This document shows positions 25,926 through 34,753 of a DNA stretch of 52,046 nt, piece after piece. The stretch is from the NCBI GenBank assembly GCA_030612175.1, contig JAUWOJ010000001.1, positions 1-52,046 on the forward strand, written 5' to 3'. Each line of letters begins with the position of its first letter. The stretch's first letter is position 1. This stretch comes from Candidatus Bipolaricaulota bacterium (GTDB lineage Bacteria > Bipolaricaulota > Bipolaricaulia > UBA7950 > UBA9294). Below the pieces are notes generated by a model that saw nothing but the letters and a program-made list of their open reading frames with translations, searched no databases and had not been told where the DNA came from. The position numbers were made by a program, and so were the translations under genes.

Positions 25926-27986
25926 ATGGCTCAGATGTTAATAGGAGTTGATATCGGTGGAACATTCACCGATATTGTCGTCACTGACGCGGGGCGCCTT
26001 CACTTGTTGAAAACTGCTTCGACCCCACAGAACCCAGCTGACGGAGTCATTGCCGCGCTATCCCACCTCATCCAGCGGGGAGTGATCATTCCCGAACAGG
26101 TAGAACGAATTGTGCATGGTTCCACTGTGGCAACCAATGCTCTTCTAGAGGGAACGTGGGCAAAGACCGCTCTTGTAACAACGCAGGGCTTCCGTGATGT
26201 TCTGGAAATTGGGCGACAGAATCGCCCAAAACTGTACGATCTGTTCTTCGAGCGACCCTTCCCTATGGTTTCACGAGATCTTCGCTTTGAGGTAGCGGAG
26301 CGGGTAGATGCTCAGGGAAACGTCATCCGGCCATTAGTAAGAGAGGATGTACAGCAACTGCTCCCCCGCTTGCGCGAGACGGGTGTGAATGCGGTAGCTG
26401 TAGTGTTTCTTTTCTCCTACCTGAACCCAACACATGAGCAGGCAATCGGGGATTCTATCGCTACCGCCTTGAACATACCAGTGATCCTGTCCAGCGACAT
26501 CTTCCCTGAGTTTCGCGAGTTTGAGCGAACGTCAACTACGGTGGTGAGCGCGGCCCTTCGACCGATCATCGGAGACTACCTAACCTCGTTGGAAGGCGGC
26601 GCAAGCGAGAACGGATTGACTACCCGCTGGCAGATCATGCAGTCGAATGGAACTATTACCAGCACGGATTATGCCCAAACAAACCCCGCGCGGATCCTCC
26701 TCTCCGGTCCGGCGGCAGGAGTTGAAGGAGCCCGAGTAGTTGGCAAGCTTACTGGGTTCAACGATCTGATCACATTAGATATGGGAGGGACAAGCTGCGA
26801 TGTCTCGCTCATCCGGGATGGCATTCTCAGTCGGACGACAACAGGGCAAGTCGGCAGCTACCCGGTAGCGCTTCCGATGGTCGACATCCACACCATAGGG
26901 GCTGGAGGGGGAAGCATTGCCTGGATCGATCGTGGCGGCGCCTTGCGTGTCGGGCCACAAAGTGCGGGGGCATCCCCTGGACCAGCCTGTTACGACCATG
27001 GCGGCCTGGAACCGACGGTTACCGACGCTCACCTTGTGCTGGGGCATCTTCTTGCCTCCTATCCCGTTGGGGAACTCGATAATCTTAACATAGCTGCCGC
27101 AAGAACGGCAGTGGACAAAATAGCCAATCCGCTCGGTATCACAGCTGAAGAAGCTGCTCTTGGTATGCTTGAAATAGCGGATGCCGCCATGGAGCGAGCG
27201 ATTCGGGTAATCTCGATTGAGCGGGGATACGATCCGCGTGAATTCTCCCTCCTCGCTTTCGGCGGCGCTGGTCCATTGCACGCTGTCTCTATCGCCCAAC
27301 GGCTTGCCATTCCTAGGGTAATCGTTCCTGCCGTAGCCGGCGTGCTGTCTGCGTTCGGTCTCGTTGCCGCGGAGGTCGGACACGATCTCAGCCAAGGCGT
27401 TCTACGGCCGTTGCATGAGTGCGAGCCGGCAATGATTGAGGGAATTCTTTCGCAGTTGTGTGAACGTGCGCAAATCGAGCTCACAGCGGAAGGGGTAGAG
27501 AAAGGAGCGATTCGCTTCCACATTTCAGCGGATCTGCGCTACTTGAGACAGGCACATGAGCTCAACGTGCCACTCCTGGACCTAAGTGCAAAGGATACCG
27601 AACCATCGGCGATTGACACCATGTTCATGAGCCGGATTGTGTCAGCGTTCCACGTGGAACACTTCCGGCGGTATGGACATGCTGCCAACGAGGAAGCCAT
27701 AGAACTAGTTGCCTTAAGGGTACGCGCGGTGGGACCTCCAACAGAAGTGTCACCTACAGGAACACTCAGGGAAAAAGAGCAGGAATACGAAACAACAAGG
27801 GTGAATTCCTGGTTCACGAAGGAAGGCCCGATGGAAGCGCATGTGGTACACCGTAGCGATCTTCTCCCCGAGAGCGACCTCGTTGGGCCGTCAATCGTGT
27901 TTAGTGAAGATACAACAACCCTTCTGCCACCAGGAACGAGTGGTCGGATCGATAAGCACGGTAACCTGATCTTGGAGATCCGATGA
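25926..27986 (+). CDS. hyuA: Hydantoinase/oxoprolinase family, A subunit (HyuA-like, ATP-dependent)
   Basis: 686 aa. The N-terminus LIGVDIGGTFTDIVV and DMGGTSCDVSLI are typical of N-methylhydantoinase A / 5-oxoprolinase / acetone-carboxylase-beta-type proteins. Confidence 0.9.
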   Translation: MAQMLIGVDIGGTFTDIVVTDAGRLHLLKTASTPQNPADGVIAALSHLIQRGVIIPEQVERIVHGSTVATNALLEGTWAKTALVTTQGFRDVLEIGRQNRPKLYDLFFERPFPMVSRDLRFEVAERVDAQGNVIRPLVREDVQQLLPRLRETGVNAVAVVFLFSYLNPTHEQAIGDSIATALNIPVILSSDIFPEFREFERTSTTVVSAALRPIIGDYLTSLEGGASENGLTTRWQIMQSNGTITSTDYAQTNPARILLSGPAAGVEGARVVGKLTGFNDLITLDMGGTSCDVSLIRDGILSRTTTGQVGSYPVALPMVDIHTIGAGGGSIAWIDRGGALRVGPQSAGASPGPACYDHGGLEPTVTDAHLVLGHLLASYPVGELDNLNIAAARTAVDKIANPLGITAEEAALGMLEIADAAMERAIRVISIERGYDPREFSLLAFGGAGPLHAVSIAQRLAIPRVIVPAVAGVLSAFGLVAAEVGHDLSQGVLRPLHECEPAMIEGILSQLCERAQIELTAEGVEKGAIRFHISADLRYLRQAHELNVPLLDLSAKDTEPSAIDTMFMSRIVSAFHVEHFRRYGHAANEEAIELVALRVRAVGPPTEVSPTGTLREKEQEYETTRVNSWFTKEGPMEAHVVHRSDLLPESDLVGPSIVFSEDTTTLLPPGTSGRIDKHGNLILEIR

Positions 27987-29620
27987 TGAAAAATGCTGTC
28001 TTGATTGATCCGATCACCCTCGAAGTGCTGCGGCACGCTCTTACTGCTGTGGCAGAAGAGATGAACGCGAACCTGATTCGTACCGCTTACAGTCCCAATA
28101 TCAAGGAGCGCCATGATTGTTCCTGCGCGATATTCGACCGACATGGAAGGATGGCAGCACAGGCTGAGTCAATTCCCGTACACCTCGGAGCGATGCCTTT
28201 CTCCGTTGCGGAGGCCATTCATAGGATTTCGACCTTCCACATTGGGGACGTCATTGTCCTCAACGATCCCTACTTTGGGGGTGCGCATCTACCTGACATC
28301 ACCTTCATCGCACCTGTTTTTGTAGAGAGGGTATTGTTCGCCTTTGTCGCTTGTCGCGCACACCACGCCGACATCGGTGGAAAGGAGCCAGGGAGTGTGG
28401 CTGGAGATACTACGGAGATCTATCAGGAAGGGTTGCGTATCCCCCCAATAAGCCTGTGGAGGGAAGGTCATCTCGATCAAGATCTCGTCGATCTTATCTT
28501 ATTGAACGTACGTACTCCCCAGGAACGAATGGGTGACCTACGAGCCCAACATGCGGCTTGTGAGACTGGAATCGAGCGAATGCAGGCCCTGGCCACTCGT
28601 TTCGGAGCCGGTCTATTGAGTAGCGGGATGAAAGCAGTCATGGCCTATTCCGAGCGCCGGATGCGTGCAGAGATTGCCCAACTTCCAAAGGGTACCGCCA
28701 CCTATGAAGATTTCCTCGATGGTGATGGAATTACCGACAATCCGATCCGGATTGTCGGTAAGGTGACGATTCGTGATAAAACGGTGCAAGTTGACTTCAC
28801 AGGTACAGCCCCAGTTACGGCCGGTCCGGTGAATGCAGTCTATGCAGTGACCGCCTCGGCAACATACTTCACGATACGGGCGCTTACTGATCCTGAGATC
28901 CCTCCAAACGCCGGATGCTACCTGCCAATTGAGATCGTTGCACCGTCGAACACTGTGGTTAATGCCAATCCGCCAGCACCAGTGGTGGGAGGCAATCTAG
29001 AGACGTCACAACGCATCGTTGATGTAATCCTCGGTGCGTTCGCCCAGCTCTGTCCGCGGCGAGTGATTGCTGCCTGTCAGGGGACGATGAATAACCTCAC
29101 CATTGGCGGGGTGAATCCAACAACTGGTGAGCCCTACACCCTGTATGAGACAATTGCGGGCGGATTTGGGGCGCGGCCGAACATGGACGGGGTTGATGGC
29201 GTGCATTCTCATATGACGAATACATTCAACACACCGGTGGAGGCGCTAGAGACTGCCTACCCTCTTCGTGTCGAACGGTACGAGTTGATTTCAGGGAGTG
29301 GTGGCAAGGGCCGTTTTCGTGGCGGGTTGGGGATACGCCGGGATATCACAGTCATCGGCCACACGGCACGCGTTTCGCTGCTCGCCGACCGACGGCAAAC
29401 ACAGCCGTATGGATTGAATGGTGGTGAGCCTGGAAAAGTGGGAGAAAATGTGTTGATTCGGAGTGGTAAAGAGATACCACTTCCCGGAAAAGGCGCTGTC
29501 ACGCTGCACGCAGGGGAAACGGTAAGCCTGCGCACTCCAGGTGGCGGAGGGTACGGGAATGCTGCTGAACGCGACAGAGGGGCCATCGAGCGTGATCGCC
29601 GCGAAGAGAGGATGTGCTGA
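27983..29620 (+). CDS. hyuB: Hydantoinase B/oxoprolinase family, B subunit (HyuB-like)
   Basis: 545 aa. DPITLEVLRHALTAVAEEMNANLIRTAYSPNIKERHDCSCAIFD at the N-terminus. ATGA overlap with the hyuA stop. Confidence 0.9.
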   Translation: MMKNAVLIDPITLEVLRHALTAVAEEMNANLIRTAYSPNIKERHDCSCAIFDRHGRMAAQAESIPVHLGAMPFSVAEAIHRISTFHIGDVIVLNDPYFGGAHLPDITFIAPVFVERVLFAFVACRAHHADIGGKEPGSVAGDTTEIYQEGLRIPPISLWREGHLDQDLVDLILLNVRTPQERMGDLRAQHAACETGIERMQALATRFGAGLLSSGMKAVMAYSERRMRAEIAQLPKGTATYEDFLDGDGITDNPIRIVGKVTIRDKTVQVDFTGTAPVTAGPVNAVYAVTASATYFTIRALTDPEIPPNAGCYLPIEIVAPSNTVVNANPPAPVVGGNLETSQRIVDVILGAFAQLCPRRVIAACQGTMNNLTIGGVNPTTGEPYTLYETIAGGFGARPNMDGVDGVHSHMTNTFNTPVEALETAYPLRVERYELISGSGGKGRFRGGLGIRRDITVIGHTARVSLLADRRQTQPYGLNGGEPGKVGENVLIRSGKEIPLPGKGAVTLHAGETVSLRTPGGGGYGNAAERDRGAIERDRREERMC

Positions 29621-29723
29621 GTAAGACTATTTCTCAATGAACAGGGACGGAACTTTTCATATACTCTACAAGAAAAGCGGAGAAAGAAGCGTAGCATTTG
29701 ACCCTCACGGAGGAGGAGGATTG

Positions 29724-30893
29724 ATGAATAAGCACAAGGAAAGGATCTGCGCATACATCGATGAAATTAGGGAGCAGCTCTTCAATGTAAGCAAGGATAT
29801 CTACGATCATCCAGAGCTGAAGCTTGAGGAACACAGGGCATCAAAGCTACTTGCTGAACACCTGCGCCAAGTAGGATTTTCCGTCCAGCTTGGCGTTGCA
29901 GGACTACAGACAGCTATCGAGGCCGTTCACCCAGTAGCGACCGCTGGTCCTACAGTCGCGATTCTTGGCGAATACGACGCCCTGCCTGGGATCGGACACG
30001 CCTGCGGACACAACTTGATTGCCGCAGCCGCCCTTGGCGCGTGTCTTGCCCTCGGGCAAATCAAAGCCGAGCTTTCAGGGAGACTTATCTTCTTCGGCAC
30101 TCCAGCAGAAGAAGGAGGTGGCGGTAAGGTGATCATGGTTGATGCTGGTCTGTTCAACGACGTCGATGCGGCAATGATGTTTCATCCTTCCTCAAATACA
30201 GTGGTGCAGCGTGGCAGTTTGGCAATCACCGAAGTCGAGATTAAGTTCGCGGGCAAGGCGGCACACGCGTCTGGTTCACCGGAGAAGGGAATAAACGCCT
30301 TAGATGCGGTCATTCAGACATTCAACGGCATCAACGCCTTACGTCAGCATATTAAGGATGGAGCGCGCATTCATGGAATCATCTCCGATGGAGGGGAAAA
30401 GCCAAACATTGTTCCCGAACATGCAGCTGCCTCGTTCTATGTACGTGCACAACAGACTGATTACCGCGATGAGCTTCTAGAGAAGCTACACAATTGCGCT
30501 AAGGGAGCGGCCCTTTCCACAGGCGCAACTCTATCTTTTGAGACAGTGGGACACGCCTATAAGGCAATGCGCCCGAGCCATGTTTTGGGAGACTTGTTCA
30601 CACATAATCTGGAGGTGCTGGGCGAACCACTAAACCCGCCCTCGGCCGGTGCCGGAATGGGGTCCACTGATATGGGTGACGTTACTCACGCCGTTCCCGG
30701 GATTCACGCGTATATCCAAATCTGTGGAGAAGAAGTCGCCGGCCACTCGCTCGAGTTTGCTAAGGCTTCAATATCCAAGCGTGGTCAAGAAGCAATGCTT
30801 ACCGCCGCCAAGGCATTAGCAATGACAGCAGTTGATCTATTCACAGATCCCAAGGCGGTAACGCAGATAAGAGAGGAGTTTCAATCATCTTAA
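29724..30893 (+). CDS. M20-family metallo-amidohydrolase (aminoacylase / carbamoylase type)
   Basis: From ATG 29724 (AGGAGGAGGA upstream): IYDHPELKLEEHRASKLLAEHLRQVGFSV, GHACGHN, GTPAEEGGGGK. The 29-codon upstream extension in the track is unlikely to be real. Confidence 0.85.
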   Translation: MNKHKERICAYIDEIREQLFNVSKDIYDHPELKLEEHRASKLLAEHLRQVGFSVQLGVAGLQTAIEAVHPVATAGPTVAILGEYDALPGIGHACGHNLIAAAALGACLALGQIKAELSGRLIFFGTPAEEGGGGKVIMVDAGLFNDVDAAMMFHPSSNTVVQRGSLAITEVEIKFAGKAAHASGSPEKGINALDAVIQTFNGINALRQHIKDGARIHGIISDGGEKPNIVPEHAAASFYVRAQQTDYRDELLEKLHNCAKGAALSTGATLSFETVGHAYKAMRPSHVLGDLFTHNLEVLGEPLNPPSAGAGMGSTDMGDVTHAVPGIHAYIQICGEEVAGHSLEFAKASISKRGQEAMLTAAKALAMTAVDLFTDPKAVTQIREEFQSS

Positions 30894-30894
30894 C

Positions 30895-31113
30895 CTATGG
30901 TAGCGGATCGTATCCACCAGGATGGAAGGGGTGACAACGCAGAATGCGGCGCAATACGAGATAGCTGCCCTTAACTGAACCATATTTATGGATAGCTTCT
31001 TTTCCGTATTGCGAACAGGTCGGATAGAAACGACACCTCCGCCCGAAAACAGGAGAAAGATATCTTTGGTAAAGCACTATCCCACATACTAACCACTTCC
31101 TTAACATGTCCAC
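30895..31113 (-). CDS. yidD: Membrane protein insertion efficiency factor YidD
   Basis: 72 aa. [31 protein letters not shown]...[11 protein letters not shown] is the YidD signature. Confidence 0.85.
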   Translation of the reverse strand: MDMLRKWLVCGIVLYQRYLSPVFGRRCRFYPTCSQYGKEAIHKYGSVKGSYLVLRRILRCHPFHPGGYDPLP

Positions 31114-31135
31114 AGCTTATCTTCTTTCTCTTCCC

Positions 31136-31164
31136 TTGACAAGGAGCTCAGACTATGCTATAAT
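31136..31164 (+). promoter_or_regulatory. Consensus sigma-70 promoter (TTGACA-17 nt-TATAAT) of hsp20
   Basis: TTGACA at 31136-31141, an exact 17-nt spacer, and TATAAT at 31159-31164. Confidence 0.75.
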
Positions 31165-31168
31165 ATTT

Positions 31169-31195
31169 TTAGCAGTTAACTAGTGAGACTGCTAA
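31169..31195 (+). promoter_or_regulatory. CIRCE-like inverted repeat (putative HrcA operator)
   Basis: TTAGCAGTT-N9-GACTGCTAA against the consensus TTAGCACTC-N9-GAGTGCTAA (7/9 and 8/9). The arms are complementary at 8/9. It starts 5 nt after the -10 hexamer. Confidence 0.65.
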
Positions 31196-31220
31196 TTCCG
31201 CGATTTAGGAGGTAGTTAAT

Positions 31221-31673
31221 ATGTCTAGAACACTTGCCAGGATATGGAATGAGCCGCTGCTATTAGGGACGGGCCTCTCTCGAATGTTGGATGAGTTCTC
31301 TCGCGACTTTAGTCACGTGGGTTTCGATATTGCACCGAGTTTTGGCCGAAGTGACGTCTACGAGCAGAACCACAACCTAATCTTTGAAGCTGAGCTTCCT
31401 GGGATGAAAAAGGAAGATATCGCAATCAAGGTGGAGGACGACCAGCTATGCATTTCCGGTGAAATGAAGAGAAACGAGAAAGTAGGAGAAGAGAACTATT
31501 TCCGCATGGGGCGTCGCTATGGGCGCTTCCAGCGATCTTTCCCTCTTCCTTCCAATGTTATTGACAGGGATAGAATCACTGCGAGTGTTGAGAATGGAAT
31601 ACTCAGAGTTTCTGTTCCACTGAAAGAATCGCTGAAAGAGCGAGAAAAAGCGATTGACATCAAGGTTAAGTAA
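31221..31673 (+). CDS. Hsp20/alpha-crystallin-family small heat-shock protein
   Basis: 150 aa. Alpha-crystallin domain FEAELPGMKKEDIAIKVEDDQLCISGE...GILRVSVP. AGGAGG SD. Confidence 0.9.
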   Translation: MSRTLARIWNEPLLLGTGLSRMLDEFSRDFSHVGFDIAPSFGRSDVYEQNHNLIFEAELPGMKKEDIAIKVEDDQLCISGEMKRNEKVGEENYFRMGRRYGRFQRSFPLPSNVIDRDRITASVENGILRVSVPLKESLKEREKAIDIKVK

Positions 31674-31698
31674 TAAGTCTTAGTAACAATGAGAGTGA

Positions 31699-31735
31699 GA
31701 AAGCCTCGGCAAATTGCCGGGGCTTTCTTCTTTAG
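31699..31735 (+). terminator. Rho-independent terminator of hsp20
   Basis: GAAAGCCTCGGCA-AAT-TGCCGGGGCTTTC stem-loop (31699-31727) followed by TTCTTT. Confidence 0.7.
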
Positions 31736-32118
31736 GTTGTTGTGCGCGGCGAGCAGAAAGAGGCACGACGCGCTCGCGTTTTAGAAAGATGCGCAAACAA
31801 CTACTAGTGTTGCCCAGGAAAGGTAAGCAACCACCAAGGTAACTACAAGTCGGCCTGTTCATTGCTAGAAAGCTGTGTCAGCCCATGCATTGCTGAGTGC
31901 AATGTTGCATATGCACAGCCTTAACTGTTGACAAGAATCAGCAAATGGAGGGGATATCTTGGCATAGGGACAGCAGGAAGTTGACAAGGCAATTCAGATA
32001 GATAGTATATTGAAAAGAACAACGAAAAAGGGGGTGTGATAGCAGCAATCGTAACCACGTTCATGAGTGTTTCGGCACAGCACGGGGAATTCAATGCTAA
32101 GCTTAGGAGGTTTGAGAG

Positions 32119-33669
32119 ATGTTTAGAAGAAGTTTGCTAGTGATGTTGAGCGTAGTTCTGGTTGCAGCCTTTTCCTTGACAGTTTTGGCTTCGCCGGAAG
32201 ATGGAGTTTTGGTGTTTGGCGCTACAGGAGAGCTGCGAACGCTTGATCCACACGTTTCAGTGGACAACAATGCGTGGCGCGCTATCTATTATTGTTACGA
32301 TCGCTTAGTGGAGTTCAAGCTGGGAACTACCGAGCTAGTCCCAGGGTTGGCCACATCGTGGGATATCGCAGATGATGGGCTTACGTACACTTTTCATCTT
32401 CGGGAAGGCATCAAGTTCATCGATGGGACGCCATTCAACGCTGAAGCGGTAAAGTTCAACTTCGACCGCCTATTTGCTATGGGACTTGCTCCTTCAGGCA
32501 CATTCGGATTTATTGATAAAGTTGAAGTGGTGGATGACTACACGGTGAACTTTGTCTTGAAGGAAGCGTTTATCCCCGGCATTTCAAGTTTTGCCACCGA
32601 TCAAGGATGCATCGTCAGTCCTGGAGTGATGGAACAGGAGGTAGCAGGGGATTGGGCTCAAGATTGGCTAGCGGAGCATTCAGCAGGAACAGGACCCTTT
32701 TACGTCGATGAGTGGACCCACGGAGTCCGGGTTGTCCTTGCCAGGAATGACAGCTACTGGGGTGAACCAGCCAAGCTGGAAAAAGTGAGTATAAGGTACA
32801 TTCCAGAAGCAGCCGATCTTCGGATGCTTCTTGAGACTGGCGAGGTCGATATAGGAGAGAAGCTTACCGTAGACCAAATTGAGGCCATGAAGGGAACGCC
32901 AGGCATTGCTGTATTCGAAGCGCCCTCCTTCTGCTGCCACTATGTATACATGAACTGTCAGAGGCCCTATCTGAATGATGTCAGGGTGCGACAGGCCATT
33001 TCCTACGCGGTTAACTACCGGGGAATCACCGACGATCTGTGGCGGGGAACAGCTACCCAAATGCGGGGGCCGATTCCGGTAGGACTGGTTGGCCATGACG
33101 AAAATGTCTTCCAGTATCAGCAAGATCTAGAGAAGGCAAGAGAGCTCCTAGCCGATGCAGGATACCCGGGCGGCGGGTTCACCCTCAAGATCATGCACGC
33201 CCCCGTCATCCCAGAGTGGCGACCTATGGCGCTAGTTATTCAGGAAGGCTTGGCCGAGATCGGCATCAAGCTTGAAATTGAAAGCTATGCTTGGGCCACG
33301 CTACGTGACAAATTGAATACGGGAGACTTCGATCTATCTCACGGCTATTGGACCCCAGACTACGCGGACGCTGATATGTTTACCTGGTTCTGGTTCTACT
33401 CCCAAAACTGGGGGCTAGCTGGTAATCGCTCATGGTACAAGAATGTCGTGATGGATAACCTTGTCACCCAATCGCGGATAGAAGTGGACCCAGACAAACG
33501 ATTGGCGCTTTTCCAGGGCATTCAGTGGATCGCTGTGAGTGATGCCGTTTACCTCTATCTCCTGCAGACGGACTACCAGATTGTGATGCGTGATTGGGTA
33601 AAGGGTTATGTTTACAACCCAATGTTACTTAACATGCCCAATTTCCCTGGTATGTACATCGAGAAGTAG
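32119..33669 (+). CDS. ABC transporter substrate-binding protein, family 5 (peptide/nickel type)
   Basis: 516 aa. Signal sequence MFRRSLLVMLSVVLVAAFSLTVLA; YTFHLREGIKFIDGTPFNA. AGGAGG SD. Confidence 0.9.
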   Translation: MFRRSLLVMLSVVLVAAFSLTVLASPEDGVLVFGATGELRTLDPHVSVDNNAWRAIYYCYDRLVEFKLGTTELVPGLATSWDIADDGLTYTFHLREGIKFIDGTPFNAEAVKFNFDRLFAMGLAPSGTFGFIDKVEVVDDYTVNFVLKEAFIPGISSFATDQGCIVSPGVMEQEVAGDWAQDWLAEHSAGTGPFYVDEWTHGVRVVLARNDSYWGEPAKLEKVSIRYIPEAADLRMLLETGEVDIGEKLTVDQIEAMKGTPGIAVFEAPSFCCHYVYMNCQRPYLNDVRVRQAISYAVNYRGITDDLWRGTATQMRGPIPVGLVGHDENVFQYQQDLEKARELLADAGYPGGGFTLKIMHAPVIPEWRPMALVIQEGLAEIGIKLEIESYAWATLRDKLNTGDFDLSHGYWTPDYADADMFTWFWFYSQNWGLAGNRSWYKNVVMDNLVTQSRIEVDPDKRLALFQGIQWIAVSDAVYLYLLQTDYQIVMRDWVKGYVYNPMLLNMPNFPGMYIEK

Positions 33670-33692
33670 GAAAACCAGAGAGGAGAAATCTG

Positions 33693-33733
33693 CGGAAGGA
33701 CAGCTGCTTGAGCCAAAAGCGGTTGTTCTTCCG
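33693..33733 (+). terminator. Intercistronic stem-loop between the SBP and permease genes
   Basis: CGGAAGGACA (33693-33702) pairs with TGTTCTTCCG (33724-33733): 10 bp including one G-U, with a 21-nt loop. Confidence 0.35.
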
Positions 33734-33748
33734 TATTAACAAGATACG

Positions 33749-34753
33749 ATGAGTCCCCTAACATACATCATTAGACGGATGTTCTTGGTCATTCCGATTG
33801 TCCTTGGTGTGTTGAGTATTACCTTCTTGATTTCCCACATAGTTCCTGGCGATGCAGCTCAACTAATGGCTGGCCCCAGGGCTACACCAGAGATAATTGA
33901 ACGTATACGCCGTGAGAGTGGTCTTGATCGCCCGCTTTATGTCCAGTTTGGTATGTATATTTCCGAGCTATTCAAGGGAAACTTAGGAAAATCGATTCTC
34001 ACAAGGCGCCCAGTCTTAGCAGACATTGTCGATTACTTTCCGGCTACATTCGAGCTCACAACTGTAGCGATGTTGTTCACCGTCATCGTGGGAATCCCAC
34101 TAGGGATCATATCAGCTGTTCATAAGGACAGAATATTGGATCAGCTTAGTCGGCTAGGTTCTGTTATTGGTGTTTCCATGCCGATATTTTGGCTAGGACT
34201 ACTGCTGATGTTGTTTTTCTACGTGAGACTTGGAATACTCCCTGGCCCAGGGCGAATTACCGGAGAGCCGCCCGTGCACATAACGGGCCTGTTCATTTTG
34301 GATAGTGTGCTTGCTGGAAACTGGCGAGCTTTGGGGGACTCTCTCTCTCATCTTGTGATGCCTGCATTTGTCCTTGGATACGCAGTACTTGCACGGGTTG
34401 TGCGAATGATGCGTTCAAGTATGCTTGATGTGTTCAGCCAGGATTACATACAAACGGCTCGCGCGAAGGGTCTTAGAGAGCGTGGCGTGATCCGTAAACA
34501 TGCTCTGAGAAACGCGTTGATCCCAACCCTTACAGTCATCGGTCTCTCTTATGGCGAACTTCTGGGTGGAGCAGTGGCCACTGAGCTTATCTTTGCCTGG
34601 CCGGGAATGGCCCACTATGTCGTTGGTTCCATGAGAACACTGGATTTCCCAGCCGTTATGGGCGTCACTCTTGTCATTGCCCTTGTTTACATTCTAGTCA
34701 ATCTTCTGGTGGATATCAGTTATGCATTTATCGATCCTCGAATCCGGTACTGA
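33749..34753 (+). CDS. ABC transporter permease, DppB/OppB type
   Basis: 334 aa. YIIRRMFLVIPIVLGVLSITF, YIQTARAKGLRERGVIRKHALRNALIPTLT. Confidence 0.9.
   Translation: MSPLTYIIRRMFLVIPIVLGVLSITFLISHIVPGDAAQLMAGPRATPEIIERIRRESGLDRPLYVQFGMYISELFKGNLGKSILTRRPVLADIVDYFPATFELTTVAMLFTVIVGIPLGIISAVHKDRILDQLSRLGSVIGVSMPIFWLGLLLMLFFYVRLGILPGPGRITGEPPVHITGLFILDSVLAGNWRALGDSLSHLVMPAFVLGYAVLARVVRMMRSSMLDVFSQDYIQTARAKGLRERGVIRKHALRNALIPTLTVIGLSYGELLGGAVATELIFAWPGMAHYVVGSMRTLDFPAVMGVTLVIALVYILVNLLVDISYAFIDPRIRY

Noticed and set aside
26775-28144. Long antisense ORFs inside hyuA/hyuB (26775..27395, 27059..27523, 27539..28144, minus strand). Similar shadow ORFs elsewhere: 7613..8074, 23037..23480, 23575..24000, 34694..35209, 41339..41758 and 50736..51248
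   Set aside because: They lie entirely within well-supported genes on the opposite strand. Their composition is low-complexity and rich in Arg, Ser and Pro, as is typical of shadow frames. None has a recognisable motif or SD.
30895-31113. The stand-alone yidD (without rnpA or yidC neighbours) as a sign of rearrangement or mobile DNA
   Set aside because: No repeats, integrase genes or compositional break flank it. Dispersed yidD genes occur in many genomes, so this is not informative on its own.
31680-31862. 60-aa minus-strand ORF downstream of hsp20
   Set aside because: It runs antisense through the hsp20 terminator hairpin and has no SD or recognisable motif. It is most likely non-coding.
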